Assembly (NCBI GenBank): GCA_965644295.1
Contig: CBFFRP010000199.1
Coordinates: 372,001-436,000 of the forward strand
DNA from: Paraphysomonas bandaiensis
Taxonomy: Eukaryota > Protista > Chrysophyceae
DNA length: 64,000 bases
Reading direction: 5' to 3'
In this document: positions 23,872 through 37,048 of the stretch, in pieces
Numbering within the stretch: position 1 is the first letter of the stretch
How the letters are laid out: every line of letters begins with the position of its first letter
Notes under the pieces: generated by a model
Databases searched by the model: none
Seen by the model: only the letters and a program-made list of their open reading frames with translations
What the model was told of the DNA's origin: nothing
Made by a program: the position numbers and the translations under genes

Positions 23872-24208
23872 CTAGTTATACGGTATACGGTAGACTTGTA
23901 GAGTGTGTACGTATGTGGCCAAATGCTGCGTACAAGAGGCGTATCTTGACGGGGTGTGCGTGTGTGTTCCCATAAAGATCGCACACTTCTCCCTCAATCA
24001 TCTCGAACCACTTCCACTCCCATACCGTACGCTGTGGGCGCATGGACAGACAGATACCTAAACATAAACACACACGAAGAGGCATTCTCCATGAAACAAC
24101 TAATCACCATTATCAGATACTCATGATCACGATATCGCTGAGATGATAGCCTGTATCGGTGTCTGAGTAGATCGATCAACCCGTAGACCTACATACACAT
24201 CTATCAGC

Positions 24209-27200
24209 ATGGACAATCAGATGAAGGTGAGGTTTATGGTACATCTCATCAGTGATTATTAATGGATTTGTAGCGTATTCGTCTCAAATGCCGCTACGAG
24301 AATGAGATAAGAGTAGTGGTTATATCTCCGGAGTACAGCTTCTCACAGTGAGTAGCAGCAGCCTCTTATGTTTACATGAGTTAATGTTATCTGCAGACTA
24401 TGGAAGCGACTCTCAATGGATTACGGGTTTGATGTCACATTAAAATACGATGATGTTGATGGAGATATGATTACTCTAGCGTCTCAGAATGATTTAGAAG
24501 ACCTTTTCCTTTATAGTCCCGAAACTGTCAACGTCACTGTAGCAGAGAATAAGCTGCCCTGTGTTCATGGCAAACGGACTTCGAAGACACCATCACTGTG
24601 GCCTGTAGGAGGATCACTTGCTTCCTCGGACTGGGCTAAGATTCCTTCGTCTAATTTGAGTCCAAGTCCTAATTCGACCCATCTTTTCTCGCCGAATGTT
24701 ATTTCGTCTCTGCCTTCCACCCACAGCAAGTCGAACCTCCACAGGTTTCCACAGATAGAGACATCCTCTCCGCGCGCTACTGAGAAACTCACGCGATGGA
24801 AAAAAGGAGAAATACTGGGAAAGGGGGCATTTGGAGTTGTGTGCTTGGGCCTTAATGTTGAGACTGGAGAGCTGATGGCTGTAAAACAAATGACTATGGA
24901 CGACATTTCGAAGAAGGAGCTTGCCCAGTTGGATAACGAAATAAACACTTTAAGATCTTTGAGACACCCGAATATTGTGCGTTACATTGGAACTGAGCTG
25001 ACTCCTACAACCCTGTCTGTGTTCCTGGAGTATGTTCCTGGGGGGTCGCTGAAGAGCCTCGTCGACAAGTTTGGGAGACTAGAGGAAGCAGTAGCAAGGT
25101 CTTACACCCGACAACTTCTACTCGGCCTCGAATATCTTCACAGAAATGGGATCGCTCACAGAGACGTCAAGGGGGCTAACTGTCTCGTTGGAAATGACGG
25201 AGCAATCAAGCTGGCAGATTTTGGGGCAAGCAAGCACTGGCGGCCACCTGTGGAAAACACAGATGTACGTGTTTTACATGGTTGCGGTAGTGATCCCAGC
25301 AACAACAGCACTGGTTCGAACGATGTTCGTGGAACACCGTCATTTATGGCTCCCGAGGTCGTACGTAACGATGAAAAGCATCTAAACTGGAAGAAGGCAG
25401 ATGTGTGGTCACTTGGTTGCACCACAATAGAGATGACTACGGGGAAAGCGCCATGGGCCCAGTTCAACAATCCTGTAACAGTGCTATATCACATTGCTTG
25501 CTCTGATACCCTACCGGAGTACCCTGAGAATCCTTCTGTAGAACTCCTCACTTTTCTAAATTCTTGTCTGCAGCGAGATGCTATGAATCGTCCGGACATT
25601 ACGTCTCTCTTATTACATCCATTTGTTGCACACGCAAATCACTCAATCTCGTGGTCATCTGATCCCAGAAGTGGAATGTGGAACAATCGTCCGTCCACTG
25701 TATCTACCACAGCTACAGAATGGGAAGGTACTCCGCAGTGGAAACTCACAACCTCTGCCTCACGGAGTTTAATAAACTCTGCAGTAGGGTCGGAAAACCG
25801 GTCGGGGGGTATTAGTTCTTGTCACTCTCCATCCCTCCTGACATCGGTTTCAGTATTGCCCCAAGAACGGGAGGTAAACCCTCAGGCATGTGTGCCGCGG
25901 TACGAAAGCATGGTAACAAGTCTCGACAGCACATTAGGAGCCACGCGGACAGAGCAGCAAAACGACGACAAGACGACTGTATGTGATAGTTTATCGCTGG
26001 GAAATTCACTGGACAACCTCTCACTTGAGAACTCGGATCTGGAGGACAGCAACAACACTTTGGAGTCTGGGCGCATTACGCTAGAGCCGTTGCCTAGCAC
26101 GGACCGTGATGACACACCACCTATAAAGAGCAGTCGGGACAAACCGGAACGCCTTGATTCATTGCACCTCGGTAAGCTAAGCTCGTCACCAGTAGAGGAC
26201 AATTCCCCAACCCCTGCTATTATATTCCCAGCAGGCTCTGAGAAAAGTGGTACTGTGAATTTCAGTCAACCGAATCAGGGACAAGAACAGTCCGAAAAGT
26301 CGGCTGCGACTAGCGTACGAGATTCTTTGCTGCTTCTATCAGCCAAGGACGAGAACTTATACAGCATAGATTCTGTGGTGTCTAATCCTATAGTGGAGGC
26401 GAAACCAATCTTAGTTTCAGAGGAAGAAAAAGATTACTGTAGGTCTGCCAGAGTCAAAGAAGAAAGGAAGTTCAATTGCCGGTTTGCTGATAGAGAACAT
26501 TTAAAGAAAAGCAACAATAGTGCGAGCTTCCAATCGAAAGTGTCTCGTGCTAAAGGGAAGTCTGGTGTGAAAACCGATGACTCAACGACCTTCCGTGGTA
26601 GTCATGGGTCGTCTGTTGTGGTCGATTCCTCTTCTCGTCGTGTAGTTGACCGGTCTTCCACGAGCTCACCACAAATACGGAAAGTGACCACGACCGCGAA
26701 ATATTCGGGATCCTCTCGAGAGGCGAGTCGTAAAGAGCCACGCGCGAGCATTGGAAAAGACGCACCTTGCAACCACCGCAAAATGACAGCACATCATTTT
26801 GACTTTTCAAGCAGATCTGGGGTTGATCGCGAGGTTATTACCAGACAGAGGCTTATTCCAGTCAAGATGTCTGAGTCTGTATCACAGGATACGTTATCAC
26901 AGTCCTGGAAGTCTGACAAGAGCTCCATGGTGGAGGACGAAGTCGATCGTGAACAGCTTTTCTCACACTCGGTGCGATCGGATGATATTCAGGACGAGGC
27001 GGAGGTTTATGAGGACCTTGGTATGCCCGATGATGATGATGATGATATAACCGCAGCTGAGCTCTCAGAAGACTGTGATGAGGGCGAATGTGACCATATG
27101 AGCGACGATGACGAATGTACGTATTCACCAGACAATGGTTTCGAGGTGAAAGGCGAAGGGCATAATTGGGTGGGAAGAGATGGATTCGAGGGTTCAGGAT

Positions 27201-28912
27201 ATGTCGAAAGAATGCAAAATAGCCCCCATCTTAAGAATTCGGATGACGACGCTTCTTTAGACAAAGTGACAGACACAAGGTGGGCAGGGTCAGCGATGAA
27301 GAGCCATAAATCCAAGCGTGGAACCCGTACTCCTGGAACATGTTCAACGGGACAGTTACAAGGATATGCGCTTGTAGGGCACTCCCTTCATGGAGGTTTG
27401 AAAGCAGACTCAAAGATAAGCCAGTGTAAGCAGGCCATTCGTATGCCTGTTATTAATCGCGGTGGAAGTAGCGCTGGGGGGAACTTGCACTCGGAATCAG
27501 CCTTTCGTCGTCAAAATCTCGAGGTTGCAGGAGACTCTATCGATCTGCGGATGAGTGGTATTAGCACAGCTCATCCTTCTATACGGCATAGAGAAATGGG
27601 ACCATCAGGGAATGATGATATATGTTCAATTGCGGACGAATATGATATACGAGGATCCGATGATGACAATGACACAAGAGATGGGCTAATGGCCCCTGCT
27701 CTCAGTACCACTGGGGCACTCCTTGATGAACACACTGCAAGTGTTTCAAAACTTCGCCTTGTGACGAGCAAGAACTTGCTGCTGAGTGCATCCTTGGATG
27801 GTACTGTGCGAGTCTGGAGTTCTGAGGATGGTGACACTTCTCGTGCTGTGTTGGATGCAGCATCCTTTACAACCAAGAGCAGCAGCATTCGTCGGGCCGG
27901 TACTGGAAAGAAAATAGTTTCGAAGGTATCCTGCGTGCCTTCCACTCCGAAGCCTCTTCGTGTGACAGGGATGTGGGCGGATGATGGATGCGAATATATA
28001 TGGGGAGGATGCTCGGATGGTTGTGTGCGAGTATGGAGTGGGTGCGAAGGCAAACCTGTACGTCTAATGAAGGGGCATGGTGAATTGGTTACATGCATCG
28101 AAGGAGCAGAATCGGTGTCCTCAGCGATGGGATCGCCTCATATCACCGCTACGGGGTCTGTTGACAGAACGGTGCGTGTTTGGGACGTAAGAGCGAAACG
28201 CTCACAGGCTTGTATGTTTCGCGGTCATTCTGACAGCATCCTATCGATGAAGTGGGTAGAAGGAGGTAGAGTAGTTGTCAGTTCTAGTAAGGACAGAACC
28301 GTTAAGTTGTGGGACATTCGTACCGGTCGTATGCGTATTTCACTTGATAAACATTTTGGATCTGTGAATATTATTAAAGCCATCCCAGCACACGGGGGTG
28401 GACAGAGCTTTGCTCGTGGCTCCCCGGCTTTCATGTCAGCTGCCCGTGATGGCATTATAAATGTATGGAGCGCAGAAGGAGACTGTCTAGCATCTCATGG
28501 AGCTCATAGAAACTCCGTGAGTTGTCTTAGTGAAGTACAGTCTTACGAAAACTCAATCGAGCCTGCTGTCTGTGCAAACCCGGGGATATTATCATCTGGA
28601 GCAGACGGCATCGTGAAGGTATGGGACAGTAAAAGGCTTAAATGCACCTCAGAGTTTGCAGCCCAAAACATTGTAAAAGTAGCCTGGTTTCATCAATCGA
28701 TAATAACAGGTTCATCATCTGGCACTCTACGTATATGGGATCATTATTCCGGTAGTGATGCCGACTCAATGACTGAGGGAAGAGAAGTCTCCAAGACATG
28801 GGTGTCAAAGGATTTAAATAATTTTACGCAAAGTTGTACTGATATAGCAACCAACAAATACTGTGTGGCAAGTGCATCGAAGTCAGGACAGATAATGCGA
28901 TGGACGCCATAG
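24209..28912 (+). CDS. PB1 - STE11/MEKK-type MAP3K - long linker - WD40 repeat protein
   Basis: Two small 5' exons give RIRLKCRYENEIRVV plus LKYDDVDGDMITL (PB1 Lys and OPCA motifs). Kinase motifs: WKKGEILGKGAFG, MAVK, HRDVKGAN, DFG, GTPSFMAPE. The C-terminus has multiple GH...WD repeats. Confidence 0.92.
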
Positions 28913-29194
28913 AATGTGTTTTCAGTTTTCTACGATACTTTTTTGGCTTTTATTTTGTATATATTATGCATGCCTAGAGTAATTCTATTATGCTTTTTTT
29001 AAAATATATTAGATATTTTGTGAATCATGAATGATTCAGCAGCTTTGTGAATGCATAATGCAATTTACTTCTGTTTTACACAATTAAAAAATATAATACA
29101 AAGATAAGTAAACGCACGATATTTTGTAGCAAAGAGTTGTTGTCATATATTGGCGTGAGTTGGTTTGGGCTCTTGGCATAGTCGTTTGAACAAG

Positions 29195-29425
29195 ATAGGA
29201 ATTGTCTAGTACATTCAGTGTGGCACTTGAAGACAATGTACGAGAATACAGTGAAGTATGGTGATGTACAAATAAATACTGTAATGATATTGAGAAACTG
29301 AAATAGTTTGATCTTTCAAGATATGCTCAGTAATGAGAGGTTCACACATGTAGGAGATTATGCGTGGAGCAAAATGAGATTGTGTTGCTTTTGTCACAAT
29401 TCGTGTAAACTGTTAGAATTGGACA
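29195..29425 (-). repeat. Internal fragment shared with hAT element 54210-55260
   Basis: The reverse complement matches about 54395-54615 (catatcttgaaagatcaaactatttcagtttctcaatatcat; cactgtattctcgtacattgtcttcaagtg). Confidence 0.85.
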
Positions 29426-30262
29426 TTTCACTGAAGTTAACTTTGCTCTACACGTAAACCTTAACCTCGCTTTGTTGAACACAATGCACTTCCTTTCAAG
29501 TAAGATATATATTATAATTATTAATTATTACTTCACTACATATTCATGTAACATCTGGTAAATCATCTGTTCTCAGCAACACCTGTTTATCATATGTTCG
29601 CCAGTCACTCCTACTATGTCTTATATAGTTACACATCAGTAACTGTAATCATCCGTTACACCTATGAGTTGACTTCACCTTTTGCACACTGTTAACTGGC
29701 TTCAATTGCACAATATATATCACATCATATTTTAGAGCTCAACATAAACGATATCAATTAATCTATCTAGTCGAACGACAAAAATTCTCTCTGAGATATA
29801 GTTAAAGAACGATTAATTTCCAACATTCACACGGACGAAGTCATAAATAACTGATCATATGCGGCATCATCAGCAGTGTACAGTGTAAACTCAGCATTAA
29901 CATAACCAGTTAGCGTATTGTTGTGATATCCATGCCATTGGAGTGGGTAATTTCACGAAACATATCTGCCGGGCAGACTGTTCTACAGCGAGTGGTTGAT
30001 TACTAGTACCATTTGCAATACTATACTTTTCATTACTTGATCTATGATTATAGCGCAACATGGGCAGAGTCTATAGTAGCAGAACATCTAATAAATTTGC
30101 AACACTGAAGTGAATATATGGTGGTGATTGGTGATACACAGCAATATCATTCAGCACTGGATATCGACACACAATAGACAGAACCGGTCAACTACTACGG
30201 GTGAGTAATTCCAATGAAAACGCATGTTCTCAATGTTGAATAATATATCACCACTGCAACAT

Positions 30263-32923
30263 CTAATCATTAGTATCAAGGCCCAATGCCAATATGATTA
30301 GGTGCGTATTCGATGGCCACTTGATCCGTTTTCTTTTATCAGCTGGGTTAATAACAACATTTTCCCGAATCTGTACATTTTGAAACGTTAAAAGTAAAAA
30401 GAGAACTTCAAGCAAAGCCACCTTGTAACCAACAGTCAGATGGTTTACTGACTTTGCTAATGCCATTAATTCATAGAAGGAAGCTTCTGTTTGCTTTTTC
30501 AAATACGTACTCACAGGAACAAGGTATCTGTTAACATCGTCAAACATAGCACAGGACGAACATCACACAACAGTGCCTACATTTCGTTTCCATCACTGGA
30601 CAGCAACTCCTTCAGGATATGGTTGACCTCGCGTTGCTCAGATACCATGGCAATGGCCATACTCAACTGTATCACAGTGACTCATCATACATCAAAAGGT
30701 AATAGAGGCTCACCAGTTCGTTAGATGTCACGTAATCAGTGACAGAAGCAACCGATATGAGTGGCTTCGTTCTGACATCTAGTATCTCACTAATCACTGC
30801 TGCTGTCCTTCCTTCCGAAAATTCGTCTTCTTCGTCACTCTCGACCTCGTCTTCCACTTGTTTTGTGCTACACGTCGCTCTTCGTGTGTCTTCCATAAGC
30901 GGAGATGACGATCGCACTGTCGCGAAATTATCATCAAAAATTGATAGTCGGCCCTTGACTCGAGTATTGACATTGCGCTTCTGCTGAATGTCTCGGATAA
31001 GGAGAAGCGTGGTGAGAGACCTTGTATCAGCGTACATCATATCATAGGAAACGTCTCCCTCAAAGTCTTCATCCGCTAGAATCAAGATGAAATCATACTC
31101 CTCCAGTGGCAGAGCTTCTAGGTGTTGTCGATAAGTGGGGTTTCCACATGTGTGAGTCAGACGTAAATTTTCCTGTACGTTTTTCCTTCCTCCTTTTGCA
31201 AGGCGCTCTTGGCGCGAGTGGAGGTCCAACTGATTAAACAACGTAAGCTCAGATCCCTTGCATACATATGAATCGAGCTCAGATATCATGTCCTCAATGT
31301 CGCGGCGCCAACCTACGAAGAGCATTCTCTCTGGTCGACGCACGCGACTCTTATATGGTATCCGCAGTTTGTCCAATTCACCCTCCCAATCCTCCATAAA
31401 CAAAGGCTCCTGTACGGGGGTGTAAGTATCGTCGTCTTCAGCAATAACTACAATGCGATCTCCCTCTCTAACCACTTCATTTACATGTGGGTTTAAAAGC
31501 GTCTCTGTTGCCCCTCTTGTCACACCTTGACGGATGAGACCAACAACAATTGCATCCGAAAACATGTACATAACCTCCCCAAATGTGCGACCTGTCATTT
31601 CAGGCCATTCCTTGATATAGAACTCACATCCCTCAAAACCCAGCAACTGTTCAAGAACTTGGGCAAGTCCACGCTCTCTTGCACATTGAATCATCAGTCG
31701 CCCAATCACATCATGACTGACAAATGTTTCCAATGACTCCTTGCCTACTATTTTGACAAGATTCTCATTGTCTACATCAAGTACCTCGGCAACGATGTGG
31801 CCATCAACCGGTGCGCCCATACCTCTTAGACTTAGTACAGTGCGTACAGTGTTGATATCCGTCATATCTGGTGTTGTACAAGAATTCTTATCAGCGAGGA
31901 CGACCACGGAGCGAGCTGTCATTGCGCTCGCCTTGCGCAGATCGCTCTGCAAATGAGGGACACCAGTACGAACAATAACATCTGCACAGAAATACATTGT
32001 CAGATTAGAAAGACAAGATTCCCAAGATACTATATACCTGATCCTCTGAGATTCAATTCTGCAGCATGTATTGTCTCCTCTAGCTCATGCTTGGGACACT
32101 GAGTCAGAATGACAATCGCCCCTCCGCCAGCGCTTTCATTGGCAAGTGCAAGTTGCTGGATAATTGGAATAAGCATATCACCCTGTGTTTAAAGGTAAAT
32201 AAAGCACGTTTCATATGTAGCATGATGGACTACCTGCCCTAATATAAGTGTGTGTTTTGACACAATAACTCTACTGCGCCCCTTCCTCAAATTATCAACG
32301 TAACTCGAAATATCTTCTGTAATCATTCCAATTGCCATGGCGAATATAATCATACCCCCCAGTGTCATCATCAGACTCACAATTCGCTGAAGGGTGTCAC
32401 TATTGTCGGCATGGGTGCCGGGATCAGCCACAAATGTCCACACAAACCAGAAAGATTCAAACAAAGTGTAATCAGTGACAAACCACCACAACACCCCTCC
32501 GACTAATATCAGAAACAGTGTCGCAGTCAACAGTGCAACGGGTTTGAATTTTTCATTATGAGAATAGAGATAATCTAGCCGCGAGAAAAAATATTCTGAT
32601 AAGTTGAATTCTTCAATGAACTCTTTACTCTTCTTGATCTCACGATATATTCTCAGCTCGTTTGTCCACAGCGCACATGTTTTAAGTGAAAGCAAACCGA
32701 ATCCCCCCACAAACAACACACGCAACAACACTGTTAGCAATAAGCTACTTTGATTATCCTCTATTTCCTCTATTTGACATCTCTGTCCTCTCTTACAGGG
32801 ATTAGATATCATCATGAGAACAAGAGCCGCCGCGAGAGCGACAGAGAGGGATTTGTATCTCTTCTCGGTGCTATCTCCACATATGTAGTTGACCGCACCC
32901 TCCATGTTAATCATATCTATCAT
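30263..32923 (-). CDS. CASTOR/POLLUX/DMI1-family cation channel (multi-exon)
   Basis: Pore region WTFVADPGTHA, LRKGRSRVI...HTLILG, GHIVAEVLDVDNE.LVKIVG, VSHDVIGRLMIQCAR..GLAQV...LLGFEGCEFYIKEWP, GWRRDIEDMI, D.RSLTTLLLIRDIQ, ISEILD.RT. Start codon uncertain (32905-32923). Confidence 0.93.
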
Positions 32924-33372
32924 CGGGGTTGATAATGTGCTAAGGGTCTGGATGTATGTATATATGTATGTGTATGACAGGCAGCGGGTGAGTAGGTATG
33001 TATGGCTATATACGGTAGAGAGTATACGCCGGTCTCTTATACGACACACTCACACTAATATTCAGTCACTTCACTTTAACTTCACTCACCTCACTTCTGT
33101 TCTATGCTGTTAACTAGACATCCTTCTCCACCTCCCTTTCGCTCATATTCTTCACTGTAAGTACGGATTGGGTGGCTTTTGAACCTTTTAAAAAAAGATA
33201 ATCATCTCAAGGACGTATACACTGTATTTCGTTGTAGTCTAGAATACCACTGTATACTTTATATATTACATATGCTCTCTGCATGATGGATGTGTGTAGT
33301 CTCATATCAATCCTGTCTACATGTTGCTCTGAGGTATCCGCTGCTGATAATTATGTTCAATGATGCTTAAAA

Positions 33373-34527
33373 ATGGATTGGCTGTTTCTTTTTGTTGTAT
33401 CTGGCATCATATATGCCCTGATTATGTTCTCTTTCTATTGGTTTGATGATGATGATGTGGAGACAGACAACAGCATGATAGGTCGTCAAGTGGTGGTCAC
33501 AGGAGCTAACTGTGGCATAGGTACTAGTATGGGAGTACTATGTAGTACATGCATGATTCGCATTTAGGCCGTCAAGTGGCTCTTTCGTTAGCCTCCAAAG
33601 GAGCAAGCGTGATACTAGGATGTAGAAGTATAGAGAAAGGACAAAAAGCTGCGGATAGAATCATATCTATTACAGGAAACAAAGGTGCTTGTGTACTTTA
33701 TATACGTGATCTTATAGTTGGAGTAGATGTTGTAGTCAAGCACATCGACCTTGAAGACTTCGGTTCGATTAGAAAATTCGTGGAAGGAATTGACTACTGC
33801 CATTGCCTTATAAATAACGCCGGCCTTATGCTTTCTGAACCGCAAAGCAAAGATGGAATGGAACTCACGATGTGTACTAACCATTTGGGACCTTTTCTAC
33901 TAACGAATTTACTGCTGCCAGTGCTGAAGAAGACAAGTAAAGCAGACGACACTGAATGTCGAATCGTTTTTGTCGGCTCAAAATTGGCTTCCAAAGCAGA
34001 GTTGGAAGTGTCCGATGTCCAGAGTGGGCGCTGGCTCCATCTGTCACCAGGAATATATGATAAGTGGATGGCTTATCGCAACTCTAAATTGTGCAATCTT
34101 TTAACTGTCAATGAGCTCAACAGGTGATTTTCTTGGATTTGTTGTTTGAATATAGTCTTATGAGTCGGTTCTGTATGGAATGACTTTCGTGTTCAGACGG
34201 CTTGGCGTGCAGCTTCGGACAGGGGGTGATTTTGAAGTGACAGTGAATGTAGTGAGCCCGGGTATGGTGAATACTAAATTTATGCGCTTTATGCCGCGCT
34301 GGCAGCAAATTCTCTCATCTCCATTGCGGGCACTCTTTTTGAGATCTCCTAAACAAGGCGCCGATTCAGTTATTTATGCCGCATCATCAGATGAATTGAA
34401 CGGAGTTTCAGGTGTTTTTATAAGTAAGCGGCAGATTATACCTACCCCGAAACGGGCGGACAACCTTGTCCTTGCGAAGGCAGTATGGGATCAAAGCTCG
34501 AAAATAGTGAAGTTGAAAACATCTTGA
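33373..34527 (+). CDS. Retinol-dehydrogenase-like short-chain dehydrogenase/reductase (multi-exon)
   Basis: N-terminal TM, TGANCGIG, LINNAG, TNHLGPFLLTNLLL, catalytic YRNSK, and VSPGMVNT. Confidence 0.92.
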
Positions 34528-35410
34528 CTTATACCTGATATACTGATGTCTTTGGTGTAGTTATGGTAGTTTATACTCTTCGCATATGTATTGCATGATT
34601 TTGTGATAACGTTAGTAACTGTTTCATTGCTACAATCTTATTGTGTATTCAGGCAATTGTCTATGCAACACATCATTATGCTCAGTATTCATAATAGCGT
34701 GACATACTGTACACTGTATACTGTGCAGGCATATTGTGCCACATTTAGCCAGAATGTGCGCAACTATTAACCACTGTGGTAAGGGAAAAGCACATTCATT
34801 TGGAATTAGTTTGCACAATTACGGACATAAATTCTAACGCTTCGAAATTATATATACTTTATTATATATCATACGAATTGAACACCTTAGTTTCTTAGCT
34901 CATAACATTTCTCAGAAGTTTAATACAAGTATTCATAATTCATAACTATATAATTTTACCAATAATGAATACAATAATTGAGCTCGACCTATTTTAATTT
35001 TTTATACACCTATTGCTAATGTTGCAGCTGATGTGAAAGTAGAAGTGTAATATCCTTTTCACCAGTTTAATCTACCGCTGTTCATGCTTACAGTAATAGG
35101 CAAGAATTACGCAACTACCGGAAATGAAATATAGTGCGGGAGACTATTTAAGATAGTGCTGAAGTGAGGTAATCAATGTAGCAAGATGCAATGAACAACA
35201 AGAACTTTTAATTGAATGCTGTGTTTGCTGAGTTTAGATATCTTACTTAAAAAATTATTCATGAAAATGTCATACACATTAAAGCAATCAAGCAAACCAA
35301 TGATATCTGGCAACAGTCTTCGACGTACAGCAACTTTCGTGAGATCAAAAATATATGAGTTCGTGATTACTACTAGCGCTAACACGAGTTGCGAATGGCC
35401 TCCTACATTC

Positions 35411-36402
35411 TTATAAAGTGTTGATAAAGTCCCCGACCAGAGCACCTACAACATACGCTACTGCTGCACAAGTGCTTCCAAGAACTAATGTCTCCAAACC
35501 AGCTGTAAACCAGTGTGTCGATGTGCTGTAATCATCCACAAATTAGATAAAATAGAACTAACACACACATTTCGACTTCACCTGAAAGTACTTTTAATAG
35601 ACCCAAGCAGAAAGAGGGCTGCACCGGTGCAGGCAAATGCCAGAATCGCAAGATCTGTATCACCTAAAAGGTTTAAAGGACCGAGAAGGAATGGAAGAAG
35701 GGGCAAGAGGCCGAAGGCTGCAAAGGAAAAAAACATCACTAGCCCATCCTTAACAAGCCCAATCTCATCTTCGTCAGGTAGCTGCAGACCAAGCTCCTCG
35801 GTGACCATTAGGTCCACGAAAAAATCTTCATACTCTGCCATTTTGCGCACAACTAACTCGGCATCAGCGCTAGACATACCACGCTGAGTAAAGAGTAACA
35901 CCATTTCCTTAATTTCTCCCTCCTTATAGTTTTTATATTCCCATTGCTCGCGTCTTTTTTCAGTAAGAACGTAGTCTCTATGGGCCTTGCTACTTAAATA
36001 CTCCCCTGCACCCATGGCAAGGGCGTCGGCAAACACATTGGATAAACCAAGAATTAATACTATTTCCCAATTGAACCCACCACCTTAAATAGATATTATG
36101 TCTGAACAATTACACATAAAATCATACTAACCAACGGCACCAGCGATAATGGCGAATGCAGTCAGAATGCCATCGAGACCCCCAAAGACAATTGCTTTTA
36201 GATATCCACCACTCGGAGTGTTTTCTTCTATATGATCCAATGCTCGCTCATCGTGAATGGCCCTACATATCGTTACAAGCGCCTAATATATCTGTGCTTC
36301 AAACCTGCTCATTTCAGGATCGACATTGTTGTAAGCCTCCCGTGCAGCTTGATAGGAGGGGCGGTTGTCGTCCAGGAGCCGAGATGTTTCAAGCCTCTCC
36401 AT
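35411..36402 (-). CDS. VIT1/CCC1-family iron/manganese transporter (4 exons)
   Basis: YLKAIVFGGLDGILTAFA, SNVFADALAMGAGEYLS, EKRREQWE, DLMVTEELG, FFSFAAFGLLPLLPF, LETLVLG. Confidence 0.93.
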
Positions 36403-36805
36403 CTGCACCAATCTATATAATTAGACGAAGGCTATTTCAAATGTTAACTATCGAAGATTAGATTGAGTCTACGAATATATATGCTCCACAAGTATGTAGC
36501 ATAGAATTATGTCGTGGTGTACCATGTATAGCAAGAGCCGCATCCAATACTGCAACACTGTATACAATATACACTGTACAAACACGCTGCTGCACGATGA
36601 GATGATACTGCCATAGATACCACCACACCCACCCACACAGTTCAATATACAGCCGTATAATCTACTGTGCATTTCCCCTACTGTCTGGTGTCAACAACAG
36701 CACTGCTGTATCTCGTAGTCCCGCTCCAGCGCTGTGGTCGTACCCTCCACTCTGTCCACCACAGTGCCGCTGTTTTTTTTCAGTGGACAAAAGACACGTA
36801 TTACA

Positions 36806-36850
36806 GCTGTATATAGCTGTATATAGCTGTATATAGCGGTGTATAGCGTA
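36806..36850. repeat. Short tandem 10-mer (agctgtatat)x3-4 in a divergent promoter
   Basis: agctgtatatagctgtatatagctgtatatagcggtgtatagcg. Confidence 0.8.
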
Positions 36851-37048
36851 TAGTGAGTGAATAGCGTTAGCTAACTGTAACTGTCAGTGAGAGTAATCTG
36901 ACGAGGAGGACCAGACTATGAGACAGATAGAGCTACTCGCTTGAGTTAGGAGAGATACTCTTGCTGTAGTTTGAGCTAATGATTTCTGTTCGGTAATCAG
37001 GAACATATCTGTCTGCTGTATATATATTTGAAAGACTTCTTCTTGACC

